NCBI GenBank assembly: GCA_016214555.1
Contig: JACROF010000002.1
Span: 136,125 to 200,124 of the forward strand
Direction: 5' to 3'
DNA: 64,000 nucleotides
Source of the DNA: Candidatus Levyibacteriota bacterium
GTDB lineage: Bacteria > Patescibacteriota > Microgenomatia > Levybacterales > UBA12049
The first letter of the stretch is position 1. Each line of letters begins with the position of its first letter. Positions 47,483 to 57,529 of the stretch are shown piece by piece. The position numbers and the translations under genes are program-made. Under the pieces are notes generated by a model. That model saw only the letters and a program-made list of their open reading frames with translations. It was not told the DNA's origin and ran no database searches.

Positions 47483-48073
47483 TTGATGCGAGAAGCTGAA
47501 ATTCCAACATATATTCCAACAAGTCTCGATCTTGCCTCTGAATTTGCAACACTTACTCAAGAACTACAAGCACTTATTGCTGAAGATAAAAAGGAGAAAT
47601 CAGAAAAGGAAAAAAAGTGGTGGAGAGACTCCAGATTTAATAGAAGAGATTATCTTCTAGCTTGCACTCCCTGTTCTCGATTTGCTCTTGGAGACATAAA
47701 AAGGCTTGAGCATAATGCAAGAAATAGCAACGATTTTCTTTCTTCGCTTGGAGTCAACCTTGAAGAGGGAGATGCTGGAATATGGACGCCAATTGGAGCA
47801 AGAAGATTTGAACTTCGCAGGCTTATCATCGAGGCGCCAGCACAAATCCAAGGAGCAATTGCTGTCGGGGCAATCGGAATTGCAGAAAGAGAAAAACAAT
47901 ATTTTCGAAATTGGGCAATTGACTTTAACAACACCTATCACGCGCCCTTTGATAGCAATGAAAATCTCTCTCTTGTTCTTCGGACAAAAGAGGCAAGAGA
48001 CATATGGAGGATCAAAAATCCTCTTAAAGCCTCACCAATTTCAGACGGGTTTCGAAGATTTTCTATGGTCTAA
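47483..48073 (+). CDS. hypothetical protein
   Basis: 196-aa ORF with no recognised motifs. Confidence 0.4.
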   Translation: MMREAEIPTYIPTSLDLASEFATLTQELQALIAEDKKEKSEKEKKWWRDSRFNRRDYLLACTPCSRFALGDIKRLEHNARNSNDFLSSLGVNLEEGDAGIWTPIGARRFELRRLIIEAPAQIQGAIAVGAIGIAEREKQYFRNWAIDFNNTYHAPFDSNENLSLVLRTKEARDIWRIKNPLKASPISDGFRRFSMV

Positions 48074-48114
48074 TCCTCTAGAAAAACAAATAGTACGTAT
48101 GGTATGATAAATCT

Positions 48115-48891
48115 ATGGCTAAACCAGATTCAAAAAATGCGATTATTGTTGTTGAAAACCTTGTTAAAAAATTTGGGGATTTCACAGCAGTAGATGGTGT
48201 CTCATTTGAAGTACATGAAGGAGAAGTTTTTGGAATTCTTGGCCCAAATGGAGCAGGAAAAACAACAACCCTTGAAATCATTGAAACACTACAAAAACAA
48301 ACAGATGGCTCCATCACTGTTGATGGTATCAATACCATAGAGCACCCCTGGGAAGTAAAGGCAAGAATTGGAGTACAGCTTCAGCAAGCCAATTTCTATC
48401 CTGAGCTAAACCTTATCGAGCTTCTTCGTATGTTTGCTGCTATGTACGACATTGAAGTAAAACCCATGGAGATGCTTAAGAAAGTACAACTTGAAGACAA
48501 AGCAAAAAGCTATGCTAACAAGCTGTCTGGTGGACAAAGACAACGATTCTCAATAGCAACAACCCTTGTTAATAATCCCAGAGTCATATTTCTTGATGAA
48601 CCAACAACCGGACTTGATCCTCAAGCACGTATTAACCTTTGGGAAATGATTCGTGAAATCAAAAAGAGTGGGACAACAGTTGTACTAACGACTCATTACA
48701 TGGAAGAAGCAGAACAGCTATGTGATAGACTTGCTATTATGGATCACGGAAAGATCGTTAAGATTGGAACACCCAAGCAACTTATTACCGATCTTTTAAA
48801 GACAGGATTTAAAAAAGAGGTTAAGGTTCAAGAAGCAAATTTAGAAGATGTGTTTATTAGTCTTACAGGGAGACATCTAAGGGACGAATAA
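48115..48891 (+). CDS. ABC transporter ATP-binding protein
   Basis: Walker A GPNGAGKTT, signature LSGGQRQR, Walker B FLDEPTTGLD. Confidence 0.85.
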   Translation: MAKPDSKNAIIVVENLVKKFGDFTAVDGVSFEVHEGEVFGILGPNGAGKTTTLEIIETLQKQTDGSITVDGINTIEHPWEVKARIGVQLQQANFYPELNLIELLRMFAAMYDIEVKPMEMLKKVQLEDKAKSYANKLSGGQRQRFSIATTLVNNPRVIFLDEPTTGLDPQARINLWEMIREIKKSGTTVVLTTHYMEEAEQLCDRLAIMDHGKIVKIGTPKQLITDLLKTGFKKEVKVQEANLEDVFISLTGRHLRDE

Positions 48892-48902
48892 GAATATATA
48901 TT

Positions 48903-50000
48903 ATGAGTAAAGCATTTCGAAAACCAGGACAATGGAAGGCATACCTTTTACTGACGTATTCGTCGTTGAGGGCTCAAACTCGAAATCCTGCAACCTTTGC
49001 TTTTGGTTTTATCTTTCCAATTGTTTTTATTAGTATATTTGGGCTTATCGGAGGAGGAAATTCCAAGGTCACACTAGGCATTCCTCCTCAAGCAGAGACT
49101 ACTTCAACAATCATCGCTGCTCTTGAAAAACAATCATCATTTATTACTCTAGAAAGAAGTGATTACCAAACTCTTGAAAAAAGACTTAAACAAGGAAAAA
49201 TAGCAGGAATTGTTCAGATAGGGAGAGAAGGCGAGACTGAAATTGTTGACTTTACCACATCCTCTGCAAATGCAATTCAGACAGCGCAGGCTCAAAGCGT
49301 CCTCAGGGGTATAGTTGACCAATCCAACTTGATAGAAAGTGGCATAGTTAACCCTCCTATTGTTCTTGAACTAAAAGAAGTGTCTGGAAGACAAGCAAGG
49401 TATATAGATTTTGCTCTTCCTGGACAAATCGGATTTTCTATTCTTTCAACAGCAATTTTTGGAACGGTTTTTGGGCTCATCTATCTGAAGAAGGCTTTAG
49501 TTCTTAAACGAATGTTTGCAACGCCAACAAAAGCCTTAACAATCCTTTTAGCCCAAGGTAGCAGCAGGCTTATTATGACGCTTATTCAAACTATTCTTAT
49601 ACTTCTTGTGGGAGTGCTGGTCTTTAAGTTCTATCTTCCACACGGAATCATTACGCTCTTTGAGCTTATTATTCTTACCTCATTTGGCCTTATTGCATTC
49701 TTAGGCTTTGGATACTTCATAGCAGGGTTTGCAAATGACGAAAACTCAGCAAGCCCACTGACAAATCTTATTACACTTCCTCAATTTTTACTCAGTGGTA
49801 CATTTTTCTCAACAGATGTTCTTCCAAAATGGCTAACGCCAATTGCCAATAACTTACCCCTTTCATATCTCAATACAGCGATTCGCCATGTTACTACAGA
49901 AGGGGGAACGCTTGTTGAGACCTGGCCATATCTCCTTGGACTTTCTGCATGGGGTGTGGTAATGTATCTCTTAGCAGCCCGAACCTTTAAGTGGGAATAA
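48903..50000 (+). CDS. ABC-2 family transporter permease
   Basis: N-terminal TM helix, large periplasmic loop and a C-terminal 5-TM bundle. Adjacent to the ATPase. Confidence 0.7.
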   Translation: MSKAFRKPGQWKAYLLLTYSSLRAQTRNPATFAFGFIFPIVFISIFGLIGGGNSKVTLGIPPQAETTSTIIAALEKQSSFITLERSDYQTLEKRLKQGKIAGIVQIGREGETEIVDFTTSSANAIQTAQAQSVLRGIVDQSNLIESGIVNPPIVLELKEVSGRQARYIDFALPGQIGFSILSTAIFGTVFGLIYLKKALVLKRMFATPTKALTILLAQGSSRLIMTLIQTILILLVGVLVFKFYLPHGIITLFELIILTSFGLIAFLGFGYFIAGFANDENSASPLTNLITLPQFLLSGTFFSTDVLPKWLTPIANNLPLSYLNTAIRHVTTEGGTLVETWPYLLGLSAWGVVMYLLAARTFKWE

Positions 50001-50767
50001 ATTCTATGAATGATATCTTCAAGCAAGTAAAAACTCCGGTACTCATAACCGTATCTGTCGTTTTGTCACTCATTGTCGTAACAAAAATTTTTGGACCTAT
50101 CCCGTTTAGTGTTACTAGCACTGTCACATCAAATGCTGACCTCTTCACCGTTGAAGGCACAGGAGAAGCCACAGGCACCCCCGACAAAGCTTCATTCGTA
50201 GTAGGAGTAACCAAGACAGCATCAACTGTTGAACAGGCGCAAAACGATACCAATAAAGCAGTAAATGCGATAATCTCATCGCTAAAAAAGCTTGGTATCT
50301 CTGATAAAGACATCAAATCAACTGACTATAATGTCAATCCAAATATTGACTATAGCGATGGCAAACAAAGCACGACTGGCTACACAGTAAGTACCAACAT
50401 TACCGTTACGCTAAAAGACGCCAACAAAGCCAACCAGGCACTTGATACCGCAACAGGAAGCGGAGCCAATGTCATTACTGGAGTCAATTTTACTCTCAAC
50501 GATGATGAAAAAGAAAAGCTTGAGGACAAAGCACGAATGACCGCTATCAAAAACGCCAAAGCAAAAGCACAAAAAATCGCTGGGCAAGCAGGAATTAAAC
50601 TTGGAAAAATAGTCAGCATCTCATTTGGCCAAAATACTCCCGGGCCGATTATGTATGACAAAATGACTGCTCAAAATGCCCAAGACAGGATTTCGGAGCC
50701 AACACAGCTCCAACCAGGAGAAAACAAAGTGAGCATCACTGTTTACCTCTCCTACGAAACCCTTTAA
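49991..50767 (+). CDS. SIMPL-domain (DUF541) protein
   Basis: N-terminal TM helix and the SIMPL fold pattern (VTLKDANKANQALDTA...NFTLNDDEKEKLEDKARMTAIKNAKAKAQKIA). Confidence 0.55.
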   Translation: MGINSMNDIFKQVKTPVLITVSVVLSLIVVTKIFGPIPFSVTSTVTSNADLFTVEGTGEATGTPDKASFVVGVTKTASTVEQAQNDTNKAVNAIISSLKKLGISDKDIKSTDYNVNPNIDYSDGKQSTTGYTVSTNITVTLKDANKANQALDTATGSGANVITGVNFTLNDDEKEKLEDKARMTAIKNAKAKAQKIAGQAGIKLGKIVSISFGQNTPGPIMYDKMTAQNAQDRISEPTQLQPGENKVSITVYLSYETL

Positions 50768-51714
50768 CCTTCAACTGTTTCTCGATTTTTATTCCCCGAA
50801 TGAAAATTATTGTGAACATCTCTTAGCTGCTTGTTTGTGATGTGGGTATATACTTGGGTTGTCGCAATATTTTTATGCCCGAGCATCTCTTGGACTGATC
50901 GTATGTCGGCTCCATTTGTCAGAAGATCCGTTGCAAATGAATGACGAAGCGTATGTACGGTCGCGTCAACAGGCAGCCTGGCAAGCTTAACGTATTTCTT
51001 CACAAGCCTCTCAACACTTCGTGCTGTCAGACGCATCCTCTCGCCTTCATCAAGATCAATTTCTGCCCCTGAATATCTGATAAAAAGAGGTTTGTATGTA
51101 TCGTCTCTTGCTGTAAGATACCGAGCAACCCAGTCTACGGCTCGCTCTGATATAAAAACAATTCTGGATTTTTTCCCTTTTCCAATAATACCAAACTCAC
51201 GCCTATCAAGATTGATTTGCGCATGATTGAGAGAGACTAATTCTGATACACGAAGCCCTGTTGAGAACAAAAGTTCCATAATTGCACGGTCTCTAAGTCC
51301 ATCAATTTTTGATGTGTCAGGCATCATGACCAGACGCTCCACCTGTTCACGCTCCAGGAATTTCAAGCTCCTACTCTCAGTTTTGGGAAGGTCGATTTTT
51401 GATGGCTCAAGTGTTGCAATGTCATTTTTAATAAGATATCGAAGAAGAGAACGAAGTGCAATAACGTAGTAATTCTGTGTCACTTTTTTCATCGTCTGTC
51501 CATGTCGATCAGTTTTATTGGCCAGAAATACTCTATATTTTCTGATGTTGTCCAAACTTAACTTTTCAATTGGTTGCGAAGGTAAAGCAGAGGAGTGCCA
51601 GGCTACGAACGTATCTAGATAGTGCCTGTAATCTCGTATCGTCAATTTTGAAGCGTTTTTTTCAATCTCAAGATACTCCAAAAACTGATTGACTAAACTA
51701 GGCAGGGCAGGCAT
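50764..51714 (-). CDS. tyrosine site-specific recombinase XerC/XerD family
   Basis: HTLRHSFATDLL...GHKNIATTQVYTHI (R-H-R-Y catalytic region). Confidence 0.8.
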   Translation of the reverse strand: MPALPSLVNQFLEYLEIEKNASKLTIRDYRHYLDTFVAWHSSALPSQPIEKLSLDNIRKYRVFLANKTDRHGQTMKKVTQNYYVIALRSLLRYLIKNDIATLEPSKIDLPKTESRSLKFLEREQVERLVMMPDTSKIDGLRDRAIMELLFSTGLRVSELVSLNHAQINLDRREFGIIGKGKKSRIVFISERAVDWVARYLTARDDTYKPLFIRYSGAEIDLDEGERMRLTARSVERLVKKYVKLARLPVDATVHTLRHSFATDLLTNGADIRSVQEMLGHKNIATTQVYTHITNKQLRDVHNNFHSGNKNRETVEG

Positions 51715-51773
51715 AGATAAGATTCAGTATGCATGAAAAGGGGAGGGGAGTCAATAATGTGCGACACGAGACA

Positions 51774-52433
51774 TTAGCAGGATCCCTGCGGGGAAGTGAT
51801 GATTACAGTCTCAAACCCAAGAGACTTAAGAAGCGCTGTCATCTGAGCCCGAGCATTGGTCGATGCTTGGTCCAAAATATGCCCATCGCAGGCTGCTTGC
51901 CTGATAAGACCTTCAGCCTTTTCCCGCGCCTTTGCCTCCAAATCCTTATCGCCCCTTGAAAGAATCCCTAGCTTTCTGTCATATACCCGTGTCTGGTCAT
52001 TATTGATTGTTGTTATTAATATTTCAGACGGAGGAAGGATGAGTCTTATCGTTGAACCTGAGATAGAAATATCGCTATCTGAAAGCTTTGATAAATCTAC
52101 TCCGGCAATTACCTCTCCCTGAGCGATAAGAAGAATTTTATCCCCAAAAAGAAGCTGTTGAAACGCACTCTTATTTGTTCCTGCGTCGATAACTTTTTCA
52201 ATGGTAAATTGAGCGGTTTCGAGCCTTTGCAGATCGCGAATTTGCTTAACAACAGTTCGTGAATTTGCCTTGAAATTGTAATTTGATTTTGGAATAAAAA
52301 ATCTGACTACTGAAACAAGACCAAAAAGAAAAATAACTAAAAAAGAAAAACTCAGAAGAAGAAACAAAATTCGTTTTATTGATCTGAGACTAATCATGTA
52401 TATGATTATACGCTGCTTACCAAATTTTCTCAA
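51774..52433 (-). CDS. DUF4230-like membrane-anchored protein
   Basis: N-terminal TM helix plus a conserved AGVDLSKL region. Confidence 0.4.
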   Translation of the reverse strand: MRKFGKQRIIIYMISLRSIKRILFLLLSFSFLVIFLFGLVSVVRFFIPKSNYNFKANSRTVVKQIRDLQRLETAQFTIEKVIDAGTNKSAFQQLLFGDKILLIAQGEVIAGVDLSKLSDSDISISGSTIRLILPPSEILITTINNDQTRVYDRKLGILSRGDKDLEAKAREKAEGLIRQAACDGHILDQASTNARAQMTALLKSLGFETVIITSPQGSC

Positions 52434-52468
52434 TTGTCTTTAGCAAGATTTTTTATTACCATGAGTAT

Positions 52469-53149
52469 ATGCCAGAACCTGGATCAACTGAAGGAAACAC
52501 CAGAGGTCCTCAAAAGCCAATCAAAGGAATAACCATTGAAGGGTTCAAGCCTAAAACTACTAGGAGAAACTTTATCATTGGAACCGCAGCTACGGTAGGA
52601 CTCGCAGCTTTTAAAAAATTTGGCGCAAGTCCTCGTCATGCTGAATCACATACCATTCCTCAGACACCCGAGAAAGAAAAATTAGAAAATGAACTACTAT
52701 TTGCTGAAAGAGAACGCATTGGCGGACCATTAGACTATAGTAAAAACAGTAACGTCGCACAATATTATGATGCACATTTTGAAGGAAACCCTTCACTTAA
52801 TGATGGCTTGATTCGGGTTCATAATGAACCTAGAGGTGACGCAGATACAACGGAAGATATTACAAATCGTGAGATGAGCCAATTAACCTTAGGAGCGATA
52901 CGTACGCTCTCGACCCATACTAATGAATCTGCAAATTCGGGAGATTATTTTACAGACAATATGGGAAATGTAATGTATGAGTGGCTTGTTCCAGGTCGAT
53001 TTACTGCGGATCAAGAAAAACCTTTTCAATTTGTTGACGCTCACGGAAAAGATTCAGATGAACCGTGGTTTATTAGCCCAATTGTTGCGTCCTTAGATCT
53101 CAACACTATGCAGTATATTTCTATGCCTAAAACAGAGCCCGTAGAATGA
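52469..53149 (+). CDS. hypothetical secreted protein with a twin-arginine (Tat) signal
   Basis: TRRNFIIGTAATVGLAAF Tat motif. Confidence 0.45.
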   Translation: MPEPGSTEGNTRGPQKPIKGITIEGFKPKTTRRNFIIGTAATVGLAAFKKFGASPRHAESHTIPQTPEKEKLENELLFAERERIGGPLDYSKNSNVAQYYDAHFEGNPSLNDGLIRVHNEPRGDADTTEDITNREMSQLTLGAIRTLSTHTNESANSGDYFTDNMGNVMYEWLVPGRFTADQEKPFQFVDAHGKDSDEPWFISPIVASLDLNTMQYISMPKTEPVE

Positions 53150-53731
53150 CCTACAAGCCCTCCGTTATTCTCTAGACGACCATTTCATCATCTCTATAAA
53201 CTCATGACAATTCGTACCAAGAATCCACCGATCACTTCTCTAGCTACAACAGGGGAGAAGATCAAAAAAATAGGATCAAATTAAAGCTAATTTGTGCGTA
53301 ATAACATAGATAATAACCTATAATAATTGTCTTTTAAAATATTTTGGAGAGTACTTATGTAGGGAATAAATATGTGCAAATCTACGTCTAAACAAACTGA
53401 AATGTAACGACAAATAAATCAAAAATGCTCACATGCATAGCCTCCCCTCATAATGTACTTAGCGTCGTAAAAGTATTATTGTACGACATAACTGCCTGCT
53501 CAAAAACAGCTCTGCATTAAGAAGTAGACCTATACCTCGGCGAGTGTATAGAGATCAAGACAAAAAGTAACATATATCCAGACGTGCAGAGCCTTCTCTG
53601 AGCCGCAAGGAGCACACATGTTTTGACACCTTCAGTGCCCTCTCGAGGGAGAGCGTCGTATTTTGTGAAAAGTGTAAAGAATCTGTGAAAACTCCTCTTT
53701 CCTCTCCTAGTATTAGTTAAATTTTTTATAG

Positions 53732-53765
53732 TGTAAATTAGATTGATAAATCAATCTAATTTACA
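53732..53765. repeat. perfect 34-nt palindrome (16-bp arms, 2-nt spacer) in an AT-rich non-coding region
   Basis: TGTAAATTAGATTGAT-AA-ATCAATCTAATTTACA. Confidence 0.85.
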
Positions 53766-53965
53766 TATTTTAGCTTCAAAATATTGATAAATAGTACACA
53801 GTGTAGAGGCCTCTTCTTATATATGCAATTTTATGTGAGTATGTAGAAACTTTTTGAGGCTAATTAGCTTCAAAATGCACTGTCTTTCGTATTTTTTTCG
53901 AACTATAAGACATTTTAAAGCTTATAGTATCAAACTATATCATTCAAATAGTTCTCTCCTACCTC

Positions 53966-54820
53966 CTATTTTCCCCACGCTGTAAATAATAATAAGAGGA
54001 AAAGAACAATTGCTCCAACCCAGACATATTCCCAGATAACATTTTTAAACAACTTTTTTTCAATCCAAACATGACAAATTCCTGTGAGAGTGTAAAAAAA
54101 GCCTGCCAAGAACAACCCAATAACTGTTGGTGTACTTGGCCAAAACCACACTATTGAAGCAACTTGAATAATGCAAAGCGTCACTATTCCCGCCCAGAAT
54201 TTAGTTGGGAAAATATTTTTTTGCAAATTGTAGCTCCATAATGATTGATACACGAGTGGAAAAGTGTATAAAGCTAAAAGAGGAATGCTAATATACATAC
54301 CTGCATGAAGACTAAACACGATGTTTGTTAAGAAAAAATAAGACAGTAGCGTCAACACAAATGATACAATTCGAGCTCCCGAAAGAAGCGCAATAGTCCT
54401 AATTCCCGATACAGTAAAAATATTCTCACTCAAAAAAAGCGAGTAAAGCCCAAAAGCATACAACCCTGTGAGTAATAACCTAAACAATAATCTTGTGGGA
54501 ATAAGAAAGTAAAATAGAGCAAATGACAGACTATAAAAAAATGGAAGAAGAAAAATTCCAATTGAAAAATTATCTTCAAGGTCGTCCTTAATTGCCCAAA
54601 AAAGCAAGAGGTCGGTCGCAATCGCAAGAACTGTTGCAATGCCTATTCCCGATTTCCCGAATTGAAATTCTGAGGCAAATAACGCAACTGACAAAAGAAG
54701 CATTCCTACAACAAATTTTTGCCTTTTATCCAAGGCAAAAATAATTACTCTCTTCCCTCTCTTTGCCGACGTTGTCCCATTCGTTTTTTGTGCTTCTCTA
54801 TCTTTCTGTAGTAAAAACAT
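53966..54820 (-). CDS. hypothetical polytopic membrane protein
   Basis: At least 8 predicted TM helices. Confidence 0.45.
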   Translation of the reverse strand: MFLLQKDREAQKTNGTTSAKRGKRVIIFALDKRQKFVVGMLLLSVALFASEFQFGKSGIGIATVLAIATDLLLFWAIKDDLEDNFSIGIFLLPFFYSLSFALFYFLIPTRLLFRLLLTGLYAFGLYSLFLSENIFTVSGIRTIALLSGARIVSFVLTLLSYFFLTNIVFSLHAGMYISIPLLALYTFPLVYQSLWSYNLQKNIFPTKFWAGIVTLCIIQVASIVWFWPSTPTVIGLFLAGFFYTLTGICHVWIEKKLFKNVIWEYVWVGAIVLFLLLLFTAWGK

Positions 54821-54827
54821 GTCTGTC

Positions 54828-55556
54828 CTATTGCTCTTCTATAAAATTTGCATATACTTTTTGGACGTCGTCGTGGTCTTCAATTTTTTCCAAAAACGAA
54901 ATCGCTTTCTCCACCTCTTGAGCAGAAAGAGGCTTTGTTACTATAGGCTTATATACGATCTCTGCCTGGTTTATAATTACTCCTTGATTTACAAGAGCCT
55001 GACGAACCTTTGATAGAAGCTCAGGACTAGTATAGATAACTACCTCATCCTCTGCATCCTCAACATCATCTGCTCCACCCTCAGCAGCCAACATAAAAAT
55101 GTCATCAAGGGTTTTTCCATCTTTTTTAACAGTAATTTCACCTTTTTGTTTGTTTTTATATTGAACACTCCCTGGCACACCTAATGTTCCGCCATGTTTA
55201 TCAAAAAGGCTTTTAATCTCTGGTGTTGTTCTTTGCTTGTTATCTGTTATTGCCTCAACAATAACACTAAAACCTCCATTGCCAAATCCCTCATATATAG
55301 CTTCATGCATCACAACATCAGATTTTCCCGTAGCTCTTTGAATAGCTCGATCAATCGTATCTTTTGGCATATTTGCAGATCGCGCTACATCGATTGCAAG
55401 ACGAAGCTTAAAATTACTCTCTGGATCGGCAATTCCTCCACCCTGTCTGACAGCCATAGTGATAGCCTTTGACATTTTGGTAAAAGCCTGTCCTCTTTTA
55501 GCATCATTTGCACCTTTTTGTCTTTTAATTGTTGACCACTTAGAATGTCCACTCAT
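54828..55556 (-). CDS. yebC: YebC/PmpR family DNA-binding regulatory protein
   Basis: MSGHSKWSTIKRQKGANDAKRGQAFTK is the canonical family N-terminus. Confidence 0.85.
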   Translation of the reverse strand: MSGHSKWSTIKRQKGANDAKRGQAFTKMSKAITMAVRQGGGIADPESNFKLRLAIDVARSANMPKDTIDRAIQRATGKSDVVMHEAIYEGFGNGGFSVIVEAITDNKQRTTPEIKSLFDKHGGTLGVPGSVQYKNKQKGEITVKKDGKTLDDIFMLAAEGGADDVEDAEDEVVIYTSPELLSKVRQALVNQGVIINQAEIVYKPIVTKPLSAQEVEKAISFLEKIEDHDDVQKVYANFIEEQ

Positions 55557-55670
55557 ACTATCAAAAACTCTAATTTGAGTCTCAATTATACTCTGTTGCT
55601 ATTGACTTTTGCAAATAAACTCAGTAAAATTTCAACTTATAATTCTCTTTAAAAAAGAAGCTATTCTTCA

Positions 55671-56381
55671 ATGACTCACCTTAAAAATCAAGCAATTCAA
55701 ACCGCACTAACTGGAGACTGGTTAAACGCAATTTCGCTGAATAAAAGCATTCTTGAGGAAAACCCGAACGATATTGATACACTCAACCGTCTTGGGTTTG
55801 CTCTTTCAAGTGTTGGCGATGCTAAGGAGGCAAAAATCATCTATCAAAAAGTTCTCTCTCTTGATGCACAAAACCCAATTGCTCTTCGTAACCTCAAAAG
55901 ATTGAGCAGTAACACGTCTGCAAAAATTGTCGCACCTGCTCAAGTAAGTAATTTATTTATTGAAGAGCCAGGTAGAACAAAAATTATAGAACTTCTTAAT
56001 TCTGCAGATAAAAAGGTGATCTCAATTCTCCGTTCGGGTGAAATTCTTCAATTAGCAATAAAACGAATGAAAATATTTGTTTTGGACCAACACAAGCAAT
56101 ATGTTGGTATGCTTCCAGATGATATAGGAAGACGACTTATTCGCTTTATGAATGGCGGGAATACTTATGAAGCTTACGTAAAATCTGTTGATGGAAACAA
56201 AGTAACAATTTTCGCAAGAGAAGTAAAAAGAACTTCTCGTTTTAAAAATCAACCTTCATTTTCACCATCAGAAAGACCAAAATTACTTATGTCGTCAAAA
56301 GGGAAAGGGTATAGAAAGTACGAGGCAGAAAATGATGAGTATGAATCAAACGATGAAACAAATCACACTGAAGAGGAATGA
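55671..56381 (+). CDS. TPR-repeat-containing hypothetical protein
   Basis: N-terminal TPR-like repeats (DIDTLNRLGFALSSVGDAKEAKIIYQKVLSLD). Confidence 0.45.
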   Translation: MTHLKNQAIQTALTGDWLNAISLNKSILEENPNDIDTLNRLGFALSSVGDAKEAKIIYQKVLSLDAQNPIALRNLKRLSSNTSAKIVAPAQVSNLFIEEPGRTKIIELLNSADKKVISILRSGEILQLAIKRMKIFVLDQHKQYVGMLPDDIGRRLIRFMNGGNTYEAYVKSVDGNKVTIFAREVKRTSRFKNQPSFSPSERPKLLMSSKGKGYRKYEAENDEYESNDETNHTEEE

Positions 56382-56525
56382 TGGGTCTTGAAGAGAACCT
56401 TTCCTTTTGCCAATTCTTTTTTTGCTCGCCCTACTTCCTCCATCAAAAGCATATGCCTCAATGAACGGTAAGCCAAGAAAACTGAAAGAAAAGCTATAGC
56501 TATTATCACTAAAACAAATTGCATA

Positions 56526-57332
56526 TTAATAAAGCTGAGAGGATTTATCCTTCCCAAGCGTAATAAGTATATCAGATAACCCTTTTCCCTCATGGATCTT
56601 GGGTGTTAGATCAAGAAGCTTACTAAGTCTTTTAAGCGTGTAACTTTCCTCCCCACTGTAGTTAATCGTTGACGTTGCAAGAATCTTCTCACCGTTTTCA
56701 ACTGCAATAACAGTTCCTCCAAGATGAGCAATTACTTCCTCAAGTTTTACACCTATGCCGCTAACGCCTGAAGCATTAACAATTGTTATCGTTTTCCCCT
56801 CACTAAGCAAAGTCTTATCTAAAAAGATTTTGCTGATGATTTCATCATTTACCATCTCCTTTTCTGAATAAATAATTGTTGCTTTGTTGACTGGTTTTGA
56901 CGATAGTTCTTTTATTGCAAATCCGAGTCGATAAAAATCGTAAGCTGTTAAATGATTTCCTGCCTGATGAAGACCTTTAAAATTACTAAAGAGCAATGAA
57001 GCTCCGTTATCCTCAGAAAGTGGCTTATCAACTCGCACAAAAGTATCCCAAGGCAATCCAAGCTCTTCTATGGTTTTAACACTATTCTTAACATTCTTTA
57101 TTATTAATCGTGAAAGTCGCTGCTCGTGAGGGGAAGCGACGACGAAATCAAGCGTATTACTTGATGAAAATGCCAAGATGTAAGGATTTGAACCATCAAA
57201 ACTACTCTCTCTAATCATAGATATTGCTCGAAAAATCAATGAAAAAGCTATGATAATTCCAAGCAGAATTAAAAATATTTTTAAAATCTTCAGACTAGAA
57301 AAAGTATCTGATACGTGTGCTTTTCTCTTCAT
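56526..57332 (-). CDS. membrane-anchored protein with a C-terminal LytR_C-like domain
   Basis: N-terminal TM helix. The C-terminal TITIVNASGVSGIGVKLEEVIAHLGG pattern resembles LytR_C. Confidence 0.35.
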   Translation of the reverse strand: MKRKAHVSDTFSSLKILKIFLILLGIIIAFSLIFRAISMIRESSFDGSNPYILAFSSSNTLDFVVASPHEQRLSRLIIKNVKNSVKTIEELGLPWDTFVRVDKPLSEDNGASLLFSNFKGLHQAGNHLTAYDFYRLGFAIKELSSKPVNKATIIYSEKEMVNDEIISKIFLDKTLLSEGKTITIVNASGVSGIGVKLEEVIAHLGGTVIAVENGEKILATSTINYSGEESYTLKRLSKLLDLTPKIHEGKGLSDILITLGKDKSSQLY

Positions 57333-57347
57333 AGGCAGGAGAGACTA

Positions 57348-57497
57348 TTACCACGATGTGTTTTTTTTCTTCTTTGATATTACCTCAGGCATAGTAAATG
57401 ACACAGGATTATAGCTTGAAGTGCCTGTCATCATTTTGTCTTTTCCTTTTTTTTGCTTTTTCTTTTCTCCTTTGAAAAAACCTCCACCTTTCGCCAT
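57348..57497 (-). CDS. hypothetical 49-aa Lys/Gly-rich small protein
   Basis: Strong SD GGAGGTGATTTTTATG. MAKGGGFFKGEKKKQKKGKDK... Not in the >=60-aa ORF track. Confidence 0.3.
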   Translation of the reverse strand: MAKGGGFFKGEKKKQKKGKDKMMTGTSSYNPVSFTMPEVISKKKKNTSW

Positions 57498-57529
57498 AAA
57501 AATCACCTCCAACTTCTATTATACATACT

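Noticed and set aside
53150-53965. tmRNA, RNase P RNA, SRP RNA, oriC or a CRISPR array in the long AT-rich spacer
   Set aside because: No tRNA-like 3' end (GGTTCGAATCC...CCA), no RNase P P4 motifs, only a weak GNRA hairpin resembling SRP helix 8, no TTATCCACA-type DnaA boxes and no regularly spaced direct repeats. Left as unexplained in the findings.
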